From Thermodesulfobacteriota bacterium (GTDB lineage: Bacteria; Desulfobacterota; BSN033; UBA1163), in assembly GCA_050014415.1 (NCBI GenBank), contig JBEKDJ010000002.1:1-48576 (forward strand): 48,576 nt of DNA, in the 5' to 3' direction. Numbering within the stretch: the first letter of the stretch is position 1; each line of letters opens with the position of its first letter. The notes beneath the pieces are model-generated. The model saw only the letters and a program-made list of their open reading frames with translations, made no database searches and was not told the DNA's origin. The translations under genes and the position numbers were made by a program. This document shows, in pieces, positions 8,761 to 18,006 of this stretch.

Positions 8761-10022
8761 AGTTGAGAGTAAGAGGAAGTTGGATCCGGGCTGCCCTCGT
8801 GGGGGTGCTGCCTCTATTTCTGTTAGTGGGGCTAAAGGCTCAAGTCGCTTGCAGTGACAACTCTCTCTGCTTCGGCTGTCATCAGGATGAGTCTCTCAAG
8901 AAACAAGACGCCCGCGGAAGAAGTATCTCCCTTTTTGTATCCGAATCCGGGTACAAGAGTTCGGTTCACGGGAGTCTCTCCTGCTCAGACTGCCACACGA
9001 GCATTAAGGATGATGCTCATGCGGAAGGGGGAACGAAGGCTGTAGATCAAAGGGTGAATTGCGGGACTTGCCACCGGGAGGCGGAGAAAGAGTACCAACA
9101 AGGTCTTCATTCGAAGATGATCATGAAAGGCACGGAGAGGGCGGCTTACTGTGATGATTGCCATGGAAAACATAATGTCCTTCCAAGTAAGGATCCCAAA
9201 TCGATGACCCATGTCTCGAACATCGAAAAGACATGCAATGGCTGTCATAATAATCTTGAATTTGTCGAGCAGCATGCCTTGGGTGCAGTCATGCCGAGTG
9301 AGGAATTCAAGAGGAGTGTGCACGGAAGAACAGGGGAGGTGACCTGTACCAGTTGTCATGGGAGCCATAGCCTACGGTCGCTCATCGATCCAAAATCAAC
9401 GATCTTTCGATCCAATATTCCTCAGACTTGTGGTTCATGCCATCCCGAGATTACCAAAGAGTTTACTGAGAGCATCCACGGGGAGCTTGCTGCTAGAGGC
9501 AGGACGGAGTCTCCCACTTGCACCACCTGTCATGGCATCCATGGGATCAAAGCGAAGATCGATCCTGACTCTCCAGTCAATGAGAGAAGGATTGCGATGA
9601 CGACCTGCCCTCAATGTCATGGGGCAGAACGAATCTCGAAAGAATACAAGCTGACCACAACCCAAGTCACATCCTATTATGATAGCTTTCATGGGCTCTC
9701 TTACCGGGGTGGAGATACCTTTTCAGCTAATTGTGCCAGTTGTCACGGGGTTCATGATATTCGTCCTTCGTCAGACCCCAAATCGATGATTTACAAAGAC
9801 AACCTACAGAAGACTTGCGGTTCTTGTCATCCAGGAGCATCTGAGAATTTTGCGAAGGGGAAAATGCATTCAATCGCCTCGATTTCCGGGGAGGATTTCG
9901 GAGAGAAGGTGGTTGGATGGATAAGGGTCGTCTACATTGTCCTGATTGTAACCGTCATCGGAGGAATGACCCTTTTTAATTTTACGGATTGGCTCAGAAA
10001 AACAATTGATCATAGGCCATGA
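8757..10022 (+). CDS. undecahaem c-type cytochrome with signal peptide and C-terminal membrane anchor (CbcA-like)
   Basis: 11 CxxCH motifs counted. Repeated doubled-CXXCH pattern (CxxCHgxH...DPxS...CxxCH). C-terminal TM VVGWIRVVYIVLIVTVIGGMTLF. Confidence 0.92.
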   Translation: MKLRVRGSWIRAALVGVLPLFLLVGLKAQVACSDNSLCFGCHQDESLKKQDARGRSISLFVSESGYKSSVHGSLSCSDCHTSIKDDAHAEGGTKAVDQRVNCGTCHREAEKEYQQGLHSKMIMKGTERAAYCDDCHGKHNVLPSKDPKSMTHVSNIEKTCNGCHNNLEFVEQHALGAVMPSEEFKRSVHGRTGEVTCTSCHGSHSLRSLIDPKSTIFRSNIPQTCGSCHPEITKEFTESIHGELAARGRTESPTCTTCHGIHGIKAKIDPDSPVNERRIAMTTCPQCHGAERISKEYKLTTTQVTSYYDSFHGLSYRGGDTFSANCASCHGVHDIRPSSDPKSMIYKDNLQKTCGSCHPGASENFAKGKMHSIASISGEDFGEKVVGWIRVVYIVLIVTVIGGMTLFNFTDWLRKTIDHRP

Positions 10023-10040
10023 TGCAAGGAGTGAGAGGAT

Positions 10041-10871
10041 ATGACAAAGAAATACCTAAGAATGACACTGAATGAAAGGTTTCAGCATCTCAACCTTTTC
10101 ATCAACTTTAGCATCCTGGTTATCACGGGTTTTGCCTTGAAATATCCACAGGCCTTCTGGGTTTCTCCTATTACAGATGCTCCTTTGGGGATGACCTTTC
10201 GAGGGTTTCTGCATCGGCTGTGCGGCGTGGCAATTCTTGCCTTGGGTGGCTATCACATATTATACTGCGCCTTCAGCGAGAGGGGGAGAGGAATCATAAG
10301 AGATATGATCCCGGGCTTGAAAGATGCCAAAGACCTCTGGGAGGCATTGAAGAACAACCTCTTCATCAATCGGCCGGCCAAAGAGATCAAAATGGGGCGC
10401 TTTAATTTCCGGGAAAAGTTAGAGTATCTTGGCCTGATCTGGGGCACGATCGTCATGACGGTGACGGGTTTCATTCTCTGGTTTAAGACACAATGGTTGA
10501 TGTACCTTCCAATGTGGACCTATGATGTTGCTCGGGCGATCCATTTTTACGAGGCCATTTTGGCCACACTGACTATCATCGTTTGGCATTTCTATTCGGT
10601 TATCTTCAATCCTGAGACCTACCCGATGAGCTGGGCGTGGATCACAGGCAACCTTACTGAACATGAAATGAAGTTGGAACATGGCCTGGAGCTGGAGAGG
10701 ATCAAGGCCGCGGAGAGGGGAGAACTGAAGGAGTTTGGCGAGTCCGCCGCTGTTGGTGGTGGAAGGGTCTACCCATTGCCCGTGGGGAGAGAGAGGGGTT
10801 TTTCTTTCCGGCGGTTCATTGGTACGGTAAAGGACTTGAATGAGACGATGAAAGATTGGAAAGGAAAATAG
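10041..10871 (+). CDS. membrane b-type cytochrome (FdnI / PhsC / Ni-hydrogenase cytochrome b family; CbcB-like)
   Basis: Four to five TM helices with conserved His (RFQHL, FLHRL, GGYHILY, AIHFYE, VWHFY). Lies 18 nt after the multihaem gene. Confidence 0.85.
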   Translation: MTKKYLRMTLNERFQHLNLFINFSILVITGFALKYPQAFWVSPITDAPLGMTFRGFLHRLCGVAILALGGYHILYCAFSERGRGIIRDMIPGLKDAKDLWEALKNNLFINRPAKEIKMGRFNFREKLEYLGLIWGTIVMTVTGFILWFKTQWLMYLPMWTYDVARAIHFYEAILATLTIIVWHFYSVIFNPETYPMSWAWITGNLTEHEMKLEHGLELERIKAAERGELKEFGESAAVGGGRVYPLPVGRERGFSFRRFIGTVKDLNETMKDWKGK

Positions 10872-10894
10872 ATAAATAAATAGGGATTTGTCTT

Positions 10895-10959
10895 AGCCCT
10901 ATATATCCTCCGACTCCCACCATCCAAACCCCACCCAAACAGAGAGGATATATAGGGCT
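10895..10959 (+). terminator. 16-bp perfect-stem hairpin after the cytochrome b gene (possible terminator or RNA element)
   Basis: AGCCCTATATATCCTC (10895-10910) and GAGGATATATAGGGCT (10944-10959) with a 33-nt C/A-rich loop. No clean U-tract follows. Confidence 0.4.
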
Positions 10960-10980
10960 TCTTCATTCCTGCCGATGATA

Positions 10981-11024
10981 TTTGAAATTCCTGGTCTCAA
11001 ATTCAAAATCCGAATCTCAATCCC
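10981..11024. repeat. type I heptad-word array
   Basis: gaaattc ctggtct caaattc aaaatcc gaatctc aatcccg, in 7-bp register. Confidence 0.4.
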
Positions 11025-11384
11025 GCCTCGGCGGGAACGACATGGTCTCATCTTATTCGCATGTCGCCTGCCTTCGTCCCGCGAGGCGAGGCACCCCACA
11101 ACCAGGTGCCTCGGATCTTGAATCCCTGCATTCTTTGGGATCTTAGGTGGTATGGAATTGGACCCTATTCTTTGTTGTAAGGATCAACAGAAAGTGTTAG
11201 AATCCTGATCACTCGCAAGAAGGTGGGTGATTAGGGTGAACGATTCAATAAAGCGGTCACGGCGAAGAGTTCCGGCATGACGGGATTCGCAATGACGAGG
11301 CGAATGCTCACATCTTCTTGGCATTTCCTATAATCTTTGAGTACGGGTTGGACCGTGCGAGATGCTGGTACACAGAAGGTTAGG

Positions 11385-12830
11385 ATGATGGGATCGCGAA
11401 GAATATTCCTTTTTTGGGGGGTTACTTTTCTTATCTTCTTCATCCTCTTTGGAAGTTACATAGAAGGAACCCTGGCCATGACAACAGACGAGGAGAAGAA
11501 GCTAGGGAAGAAGATTCTGCTCGAGATGGAAAAGCAAGTAGAATGGGTCAGGGATCCCCACATTCAAAGTTTCGTAGATAGGGTAGGATATTCTATTGTG
11601 AGGGAGGTAGGTCCCGCCCCTTTCGAATTTAGGTTTTACGTGATCAAGGCACAGGATCCCAATGCCTTTGCCATTCCGGGTGGCTACATCTTCGTGACAA
11701 CCGGGCTGATCGTTTTGGCAGAGAGTGAGCAAGAAATTGCGGGTGTGCTCGGCCATGAGATTTCCCATGTGACCGGGAGGCATTTTGATCAGATGATGGA
11801 CAAATCGAAACGGCTTAACATCGCCTCGCTAGCCGCAATCCTCCTGGGAGCTCTCGCTGGCCGTGGGGGAAAAGCTACCGAAGCGGTTGCCGCGACGGCG
11901 ATGGCTACTTCGGAAGCCATGGCTCTGAAATACACCCGAGAAATGGAGACGGACGCAGATCAAAACGGCTTGTACCGCATGATTAAAGCAGGGTATGATC
12001 CAAATGGGATGATAACCTTTTTAAACAGAATCCGTAGGATAGAATTGTCCATGGCACCCCAAATACCCGTTTATTTAATGACCCATCCAGCCCTCGAGAG
12101 TCGAATCGCCCTTCTCGAGAACTTGATGGAAATTGGGCAGAAGCCGGCAGGTCCGTTCAAGAGGGTTGGGAATTTCAAACGGGTTCAGTCGGAGGCCTTT
12201 GTGGAGGAAAGAGAGGCGGATGTGGCGGTGAGCCATTTTGGATCCATGGTCAAAACGAATCCGCAAGATATTGACGGGATTTATGGTCTGGGCCTTTCTT
12301 TTAAGAAGATGGGAAGATTGGACAAATCGACCGAGGTTTTTCAAAGCGGTTTATCCCTATCACCCGAAGACCCTGACCTGTTAAGGGAACTCGGAATCGT
12401 CTATTTCCTTTCAGGAAAATTGGATCAAGCGGTTGAAAACCTCGAGGCTGCGCGGTCCGTTTCTGCGGCGGATCAAGGTGCTGGTCTATTGACTCTATAT
12501 TACCTTGGCAGGACCTATCAGGAAGAAGGGAATCTCGCCAATGCCTTGCCACTCTTTCTGAAGGTTCAGAAGGACATGCCTGAATTTCCCGACGTCTACA
12601 ACAACCTTGGATCGGTTTATGGAAGAATGGGTCAAACGGGGCGATCTCACTTCTATTTTGGAAAACACTTCAAATTGATCGGAGACAAAAGGAGTGCTCT
12701 CCTCCACTTTAGAGCCGCCGACCAAGGGCTGGAGAAGGGGAGCTCAGAGGAAGAGGAGACCCGGAAGGAGATCAAGGAACTCACGGAGACCAAAGAGGAG
12801 AAACAGGCTCCGGCATCACATTGGAGATAG
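11385..12830 (+). CDS. M48-family Zn metalloprotease with C-terminal TPR repeats (BepA/YfgC-like)
   Basis: N-terminal TM, HEISH zinc motif, TPR-like C-terminal half. ATG 11385 preferred over TTG 11337. Confidence 0.88.
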   Translation: MMGSRRIFLFWGVTFLIFFILFGSYIEGTLAMTTDEEKKLGKKILLEMEKQVEWVRDPHIQSFVDRVGYSIVREVGPAPFEFRFYVIKAQDPNAFAIPGGYIFVTTGLIVLAESEQEIAGVLGHEISHVTGRHFDQMMDKSKRLNIASLAAILLGALAGRGGKATEAVAATAMATSEAMALKYTREMETDADQNGLYRMIKAGYDPNGMITFLNRIRRIELSMAPQIPVYLMTHPALESRIALLENLMEIGQKPAGPFKRVGNFKRVQSEAFVEEREADVAVSHFGSMVKTNPQDIDGIYGLGLSFKKMGRLDKSTEVFQSGLSLSPEDPDLLRELGIVYFLSGKLDQAVENLEAARSVSAADQGAGLLTLYYLGRTYQEEGNLANALPLFLKVQKDMPEFPDVYNNLGSVYGRMGQTGRSHFYFGKHFKLIGDKRSALLHFRAADQGLEKGSSEEEETRKEIKELTETKEEKQAPASHWR

Positions 12831-12844
12831 GGGGAGGGGGGCCG

Positions 12845-15523
12845 ATGAAGCGATCAGATGAAGAGATGACAAGGCTCAATCAGGAGCTTTCGATTCTTAA
12901 TGCCATTAGCCAGACCGTCAATCAATCAATCGATCTTGATGAGATTCTGAATAACAGCCTGGACAAAATGATGGAGATAACGGAGATCCGTTCAGCGGGC
13001 TTCTATCTTCTGGAGGGAAAGTCGAATGATTTGGTCTATGTTGCCCACCGGGGATTTTCAAAGGCTTTTTCGAAAGGGATGAGAACCTTTAAATTGGGGG
13101 AAGGGGCGACAGGGAGGGTGGCCCTCTCGGGTGAACCGATGTTCATCGAAGATTATCCCAATCATTCGGAAGCCATTCCCTTGGCGGTTGAAGAAGGATT
13201 GAAATCCCTTGCAGTCATACCTCTGAAGTCAAGGGAGAAGGTCTATGGAACCCTAAACATCGCACGAAGAGAATCCTACAAGTTTACTCCCTCTGATAAG
13301 AACCTCCTCAACTCCATCGGGCAGATCATCGGCGGTGCCATGGAGAGGACTTCTCTCTATCGAGAGAACGTCAGACGACTGGAAGAACAGAAGACCCTCT
13401 ATTCCATCAGCCAGGAGATCGCCTCCCGGCTGGAATTGAAGGTGATCCTTCAGAAGATCGTGGATTGTGCCGTAAAGCTGTTGGAGGTGGAATCAGGAGA
13501 AATCACCCTTTGGGACAATCGGAAGCAGAATTATGCCATTTCTGTAGTCCACGGATTGCCAGACACTTTGATTGGGAGAGAGATTCTTCCTCCACTGAGC
13601 GGTATTGTGGGGGAGATTTGTGTAAAGAAAGGCCCTGTCCATTATCAAGACTACGAACACCATCCCAATCGATGGGAGGAGTTGGATTCCTTTCATTTTA
13701 AGGAGATCCTCGGAGTTCCTTTAGCCGTCAGACAGATGATCATTGGAACGATGGTAATCCGTACATCCAATCCAAATAGGCATTTTGAACAGGATGAGAT
13801 TGACCTCCTCTTCAACTTCGCTCAGCAGGCGGCCGTTGCCATTGGGAATGCCAAACTCTATGAGGAGTCTCTATCAAAGATCAAGCAATTGACGATTCTC
13901 CATGAGATTGGAAGAACCCTCTCTTCTACCCTTGACCTCGATGAATTGCTCAGGAAAGCCCTGGAGCTTCTAAGGGAGCACTTAGGTCATTCTTTATGCG
14001 GGATTTTCTTGTTAGATCGGGAGAAGGATGAATTGTATGTCAAACACATGACGGGTGTTGATTTCGAAAAGGTCAAGGATATGCGGTTCAGGGTCGGAAT
14101 CGATGGAATCGTTGGATGGGTGGCCAAGGCGGGTGAGCCTCTCTATGTCCCCGACGTGTCGAAGGACCCCAGGTATATCCCTGGATTGCCGGAAGGAAGA
14201 TCAGAGGCAGCCTTTCCGCTTAAGGTGCGGGACCAGGTAATCGGAGTGATGGATCTTGAAAGCGAAGAGATCAGAGGGTTTGAAGACGAAGATCTAAAAG
14301 CCCTCTCTTCCTTTGCCAACCAGGTCGGCATTTTTATTGAGAACGCTCGACTCTTCGCCGATCTGAAACAGACGCTCAAAGAATTGAAACAGGCCCAGGA
14401 TCGGATCGTTCAGGCCGAGAAATTGAAGGCGATGGGAGAGATGGCGAGCGGAGTGGCTCATGATTTCAACAATGTCCTTGCCGTCATCCTTGGAAATATC
14501 CAACTCCTCCGCCATCAATTTGATCAACTCAGTCCGGAAGCGATTCGGGAACGGCTGATGGCCATCGAGCGTTCGTCGAAGGATGGAGCGGAGACCATAC
14601 GCCGGATACAGGAGTTTACGGGGGTGAGAAAGGATAAGGAATTTGCTCCTTTATCCATCAATCAAATCGTAGACGATGTGGTTACCGTTACTCAGCCACG
14701 GTGGAAGGACCAGGCACAAAGGAGAGGCGTACAGATTCAGCTGGTTGAAAACTTAGGGAAGATCCCTTCGATTCTTGGAAATCCCTCTGAGTTGAGGGAA
14801 GTCTTGACCAATATCGTTTTCAATGCGGTGGATGCGATGCCCCAAGGGGGGAAGGTGACCATCACGACCCAACCCCAAACGGATGACTGGGTGGAGGTAA
14901 GGATTACCGATACAGGGGTTGGTATGACGGAGGAGGTAAAAGGGAGGATTTTTGACCCCTTCTTCACCACCAAAGGGGTCACCAATTCTGGGTTAGGCCT
15001 CAGTGTTTCCTACGGGATTGTAAAACGCCATGGAGGAGAAATACTCGTCGAGAGCGAACTTGGGAAGGGAACGACCTTCATCCTCCATCTGCCTATTGGC
15101 TACGAACAAGAAGAAGCAGAGAAGGCGATCAAACCTGTTCAGGAGGGACGCCTGGGACGAATCCTAGTGATTGACGATGAAGAGGCCGTCCGAGACATCC
15201 TCTTCCAGATGCTACACACCAAAGGTCACGAGGTGGTTCTCGCAGCCAATGGGGAGGAGGGAATTGAACGCTTCAAGAAGGAAGGATTTGATTTGGTCTT
15301 CACCGACCTCGGAATGCCGAAGATCTCTGGATGGGAAGTGGGCAAGACGATCAAGGGGATAGATCCCAAAGTCCCCATTGCCATGATCACCGGATGGGGA
15401 ATGGAGGTGAATCGAGAAAAGATGAGCGAAAGCGGAATCGATCTCATCGTCTCCAAACCCTTTGACTTTGATCAGGTGATTCAGCTCGTCTCCGAGGTCA
15501 TACAGCTGAAAGAGAAGATGTAA
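12845..15523 (+). CDS. hybrid sensor histidine kinase (several GAF domains + HisKA + HATPase + receiver)
   Basis: H-box SGVAHDFNNVL, N/G boxes, C-terminal ILVIDDE...FTDLGMPKISG receiver. ATG 12845 has a strong SD (gggggagggggg). Confidence 0.92.
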   Translation: MKRSDEEMTRLNQELSILNAISQTVNQSIDLDEILNNSLDKMMEITEIRSAGFYLLEGKSNDLVYVAHRGFSKAFSKGMRTFKLGEGATGRVALSGEPMFIEDYPNHSEAIPLAVEEGLKSLAVIPLKSREKVYGTLNIARRESYKFTPSDKNLLNSIGQIIGGAMERTSLYRENVRRLEEQKTLYSISQEIASRLELKVILQKIVDCAVKLLEVESGEITLWDNRKQNYAISVVHGLPDTLIGREILPPLSGIVGEICVKKGPVHYQDYEHHPNRWEELDSFHFKEILGVPLAVRQMIIGTMVIRTSNPNRHFEQDEIDLLFNFAQQAAVAIGNAKLYEESLSKIKQLTILHEIGRTLSSTLDLDELLRKALELLREHLGHSLCGIFLLDREKDELYVKHMTGVDFEKVKDMRFRVGIDGIVGWVAKAGEPLYVPDVSKDPRYIPGLPEGRSEAAFPLKVRDQVIGVMDLESEEIRGFEDEDLKALSSFANQVGIFIENARLFADLKQTLKELKQAQDRIVQAEKLKAMGEMASGVAHDFNNVLAVILGNIQLLRHQFDQLSPEAIRERLMAIERSSKDGAETIRRIQEFTGVRKDKEFAPLSINQIVDDVVTVTQPRWKDQAQRRGVQIQLVENLGKIPSILGNPSELREVLTNIVFNAVDAMPQGGKVTITTQPQTDDWVEVRITDTGVGMTEEVKGRIFDPFFTTKGVTNSGLGLSVSYGIVKRHGGEILVESELGKGTTFILHLPIGYEQEEAEKAIKPVQEGRLGRILVIDDEEAVRDILFQMLHTKGHEVVLAANGEEGIERFKKEGFDLVFTDLGMPKISGWEVGKTIKGIDPKVPIAMITGWGMEVNREKMSESGIDLIVSKPFDFDQVIQLVSEVIQLKEKM

Positions 15524-15580
15524 CACGGCGTGGCCGGAGCCAGATCCCGCCCGAGTTGGACGAATAGAACCCTCGAATAA

Positions 15581-15659
15581 GAAATGCCAAATCCCGAGTC
15601 AATCCCAATCTTCAATTTCAAATGGCCAAAACAGTTCCTTTTTGAGATTTGAGTTTCAG
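15581..15659. repeat. type I word array between convergent genes
   Basis: gaaatgc caaatcc ... aatccc aatcttc aatttc aaatgg, then tttgagatttgagtttcag. Confidence 0.4.
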
Positions 15660-17974
15660 TCATCGGAGGTTATTTGTGATCTTGTGCCGGTCATTGCTGC
15701 TCTGCCTGACCTCCTCACGAACCGATAGGTCGACCCTGCAGCGATCAGTAAAGGGATAACCCCTAAGAGAATGAAAATTGCATCGGCAGGCAAACGGATC
15801 CATTCGATCAGCGTGGTTACCCTTTGATTCAGAAAATCGGGGCTCCTTGCATGCCAGTATCCGTTCTTCAAACTATCCAGGAGTTGAAGCACCCCGCCCG
15901 GAAAGAGATTCAGAACGACCATCAGTGCCAGACCGACATTTAAGCCCCAGAAGGAAAGCCTGATATACTTTTCCACCGATGCCCATTCCCCATCTAGCAA
16001 TATCTGCCGGATGGCAAATACCATAAAAGAGATAGCAAACATCCCAAAGACACCCATCATTGCCGCATGGCCGTGGTTTGGTGTCAGGATGGTTCCAACT
16101 TCAAAGTAGCTGACGATGGGTAAATTGATGAGAAACCCGAATATTCCAGCACCGACAAAATTCCAAAACCCCACAGCCATCATGAAGTAAAATGTCCATT
16201 TATGGGGGATGGAGATCTCTTTGCCGCAGATGTCACATTTTCCACCGGACAATTTGATGAAATCCCAGGCATCCAGCGTCAGGAGAGTCAGGGGAACAAC
16301 CTCCATGGCGGAGAACATGGCTGCAAGGGCCATCGTGATGTTTGATTGTCCTGTCCAATACCAGTGGTGGCCTGTGCCGATGATCCCTGCACCGAGAAAG
16401 AGAATGGCATCCAGGTAGATGACTCGAGTCGCTGTCTGTCGCGATACCATCCCGAGTTTGTAGAAAAGGACAGCGACCATGGTCGTCACAAAGAGCTCAA
16501 AGAAACCTTCGACCCAGAGATGGATGATCCAGAAACGCCAGTTATCCACCACCGTGAAATGGGTGTTGCTATTGAAGAACATGGCGGGAAGATAGAACAA
16601 AGGAATGGCAAGGGCAGCCAACAGGAAGAGGGTGGAGATCTCACGCTCCTCTGGGTCTATCCTCGCTGGCCGAATCGCCCTGAACACCAAGATGAGCCAG
16701 AACACCAGTCCGATGGCCAGCAGGACTTGCCAGGCCCGTCCAAGGTCAAGGTATTCCCAACCTTGATGGCCAAACCAGAACCAGAGCTTTCCAAGGAGCT
16801 GATAGACACCAAGCATTTCACCGAGGAGACTACCCAAGGCAACGATGACGATGGCGAAGAACAGGAGGTTAACCCCTTTCACCTGGCCTCTCGGTTCCTT
16901 TCCTCCCAAGGAGATAGCCAGGAACAATCCGCCCGCGATATAGGCCGTTGCAATCCAGAAGATCGCCAGCTGCAAATGCCAGGTGCGAAAGATATTACCG
17001 GGGAAGAACCGGGACAGATTGATCCCGTAGAAACTCCCGGGGTCTGCGCGGTAATGGGCGGTCGCCCCTCCAACCAGTACCTGTGCTAAGAATAGCAAGG
17101 CCACAATAGCGAAATACTTGATCGTTGCCCTTTGGCTCTCCGTGCTCGTTCCCGGGACCATCTGGGGGTGGATATGTTCGCCACTGCCTTTCCAGCCAAG
17201 GAAATTAAACCTTCCGAAGGCGAAAAGAACCACGGCTGTCCCTGCAAGGAGCGTAATGAGACTGAGCGCACTCCAAAGAACAGCATCACTTGTGGGTGTA
17301 TTGCCAGCCATTGGATCGTAAGGGAAATTGTTCGTGTAAGAATAGGATTTGCCCGGACGATTCGCCACAGAAGCCCAGGCGGTCCAGGCAAAGAAGGCAG
17401 TCAGCTGCTGAAGCTCTTTGGAGTCCTTGATATGGTTGACCAGCAACCCCCGATTCAAAGAAGGTAGGGAAAAGTAGTTGGTCCACTTTTCAATTTGATC
17501 CCGAAATGATGCAGCTTCCGGCACCGTGAAGATCAACGTCTTCGTTTCCGAAGCATAACGATTCTCTTTCAATAATTGCTGGACTTCAGCATCGATGGCA
17601 GCTCTCTGAGCGGTTGAAAGCTCTGGCAAACTACGATGATAGTTTTCTTTGGCAAGCGTCTCTCCTGTCTGGAGGGCGAGGGTATGGAGGTACTCTGCAG
17701 AGAAGTCAGGCCCGAGGTAAGCGCCATGTCCCCAGATCGTACCATTCTCCATCAAGCCGTACCTCAGAAAAACCTGCTGCCCTCCAAGGATATCTTCACG
17801 GGTAAAAATCGTCTCCCCAGTCTGATCCAATACCCTTTCAGGAATAGGGGGAGCATTCTTGTAGCTCGTTGCAGCGACCCAGATCAAGACAGCAAACCCA
17901 ACCACCAAAATAATGATGACAGAATTTCTCCACCAGGGAGAAAGCCTTTCGGATGAAATCTTCTTGTTTTCCAT
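15656..17974 (-). CDS. norZ: quinol-dependent nitric oxide reductase (qNOR, single-subunit NorB/NorZ type)
   Basis: 772 aa with N-terminal NorC-like extension lacking CxxCH. Canonical catalytic landmarks IIHLWVEGFFE, GTGHHWYWTG and NHGHAAMMG. SD aggag precedes the ATG. Confidence 0.93.
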   Translation of the reverse strand: MENKKISSERLSPWWRNSVIIILVVGFAVLIWVAATSYKNAPPIPERVLDQTGETIFTREDILGGQQVFLRYGLMENGTIWGHGAYLGPDFSAEYLHTLALQTGETLAKENYHRSLPELSTAQRAAIDAEVQQLLKENRYASETKTLIFTVPEAASFRDQIEKWTNYFSLPSLNRGLLVNHIKDSKELQQLTAFFAWTAWASVANRPGKSYSYTNNFPYDPMAGNTPTSDAVLWSALSLITLLAGTAVVLFAFGRFNFLGWKGSGEHIHPQMVPGTSTESQRATIKYFAIVALLFLAQVLVGGATAHYRADPGSFYGINLSRFFPGNIFRTWHLQLAIFWIATAYIAGGLFLAISLGGKEPRGQVKGVNLLFFAIVIVALGSLLGEMLGVYQLLGKLWFWFGHQGWEYLDLGRAWQVLLAIGLVFWLILVFRAIRPARIDPEEREISTLFLLAALAIPLFYLPAMFFNSNTHFTVVDNWRFWIIHLWVEGFFELFVTTMVAVLFYKLGMVSRQTATRVIYLDAILFLGAGIIGTGHHWYWTGQSNITMALAAMFSAMEVVPLTLLTLDAWDFIKLSGGKCDICGKEISIPHKWTFYFMMAVGFWNFVGAGIFGFLINLPIVSYFEVGTILTPNHGHAAMMGVFGMFAISFMVFAIRQILLDGEWASVEKYIRLSFWGLNVGLALMVVLNLFPGGVLQLLDSLKNGYWHARSPDFLNQRVTTLIEWIRLPADAIFILLGVIPLLIAAGSTYRFVRRSGRAAMTGTRSQITSDD

Positions 17975-18006
17975 TGTTATCTCCTATTTAATCCCCTAAC
18001 CTCACT

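Noticed and set aside
15656-17974. Possibility that the qNOR-like protein is an NO dismutase (Nod) of the Methylomirabilis type
   Set aside because: The catalytic landmarks are canonical for NO reductase: HLWVEG (His plus Glu), GHHWYW (both His, no Asn substitution) and NHGHAAMMG. The quinol-site region AHYRAD keeps the His and an acidic residue (Asp in place of Glu). Nothing points to the Nod-type substitutions.
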